Source: Clostridia bacterium
Lineage (GTDB): Bacteria; Bacillota; Clostridia; TANB77; CAG-465
Reading direction: 5' to 3'
Length of the DNA: 61,796 bases
Assembly (NCBI GenBank): GCA_045536565.1
Contig: JAZSNU010000002.1
Span: 1-61,796, forward strand
The translations under genes were made by a program, and so were the position numbers. This document shows, in pieces, positions 61,387 through 61,796 of this stretch. The notes under the pieces are model-generated. The model had not been told where the DNA came from. It saw nothing but the letters and a program-made list of their open reading frames with translations, and made no database searches. Every line of letters starts with the position of its first letter. Positions within the stretch are counted from its first letter, which is position 1.

Positions 61387-61796
61387 TTTATTTCCTCTCT
61401 ATCAATTTCTCTTTTCACTAAAAAATCTACTCCATAATCTCCAATTGATTCAGTTGCAACGTCAACTGCCGTTCTCAATGCTTTTTGTGGATTTCTAGTT
61501 TTACCCATCATTGCAAGAAATACCCCTGTTACAACATCTCCTGCACCCGTTTTATCAATTACAGGTTTTTGTTGTGTTTCTGCTATAAATGACTTGTCTT
61601 TATATTCATATCTACAACCACTTTTTCCCATTTTAATTACCTTAACAGGTGCTTTACAATCTAATAAATTAGTATATTCTTTGTCTATAAAAGCTATATC
61701 AACACTATCAAAAATTTCTTTTATAAAATCTGACTCTTGTTCCATATAAGCTTCATGAGTATCTATACTTATAATAGCTTTTGACTTTTTTCTAAT
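61383..61796 (-). CDS. PfkB family carbohydrate kinase, C-terminal part (runs off window)
   Basis: VIDKTGAGDVVTG signature; frame open to window edge. Confidence 0.85.
   Translation of the reverse strand: MRKKSKAIISIDTHEAYMEQESDFIKEIFDSVDIAFIDKEYTNLLDCKAPVKVIKMGKSGCRYEYKDKSFIAETQQKPVIDKTGAGDVVTGVFLAMMGKTRNPQKALRTAVDVATESIGDYGVDFLVKREIDREEIK

Overview
AT-rich, spore-forming Firmicutes (Clostridia-like) chromosomal segment. The left ~8 kb is the end of a decaying integrative island inserted at the 3' end of tRNA-fMet. Four of its genes (DUF5131-like, GNAT, DUF6076-like, tyrosine integrase) carry five in-frame nonsense codons, while a 1246-aa nuclease-fold + STAND-like P-loop NTPase gene, a candidate antiphage protein, is fully intact. 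The core holds housekeeping, cell-envelope and sporulation genes: mreBCD-mrdA, a partial dcw cluster (mraZ-rsmH-ftsL-PBP-murE-mraY-ftsW-murG-ftsQ-DUF881-sbp), splB, sleB-ypeB, pcrA, addB, scpB and a U32 protein. The main signals absent from the ORF track are: (i) a type I toxin-antitoxin-like locus inside the dcw cluster (30-aa hydrophobic peptide, convergent sRNA, mRNA bracketed by an inverted repeat); (ii) a ~275-nt standalone, highly structured, probably pseudoknotted ncRNA candidate at 52060-52335; (iii) an internal SD+ATG in an Rpn nuclease gene (gene-in-gene antitoxin); and (iv) a 7-copy, ~22-bp-period TCTTTTGTT array between mraZ and rsmH. The right ~4 kb is a second accessory region with deletion-derived chimeric or truncated genes. 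All family assignments come from motif recognition by eye; no database searches were run.
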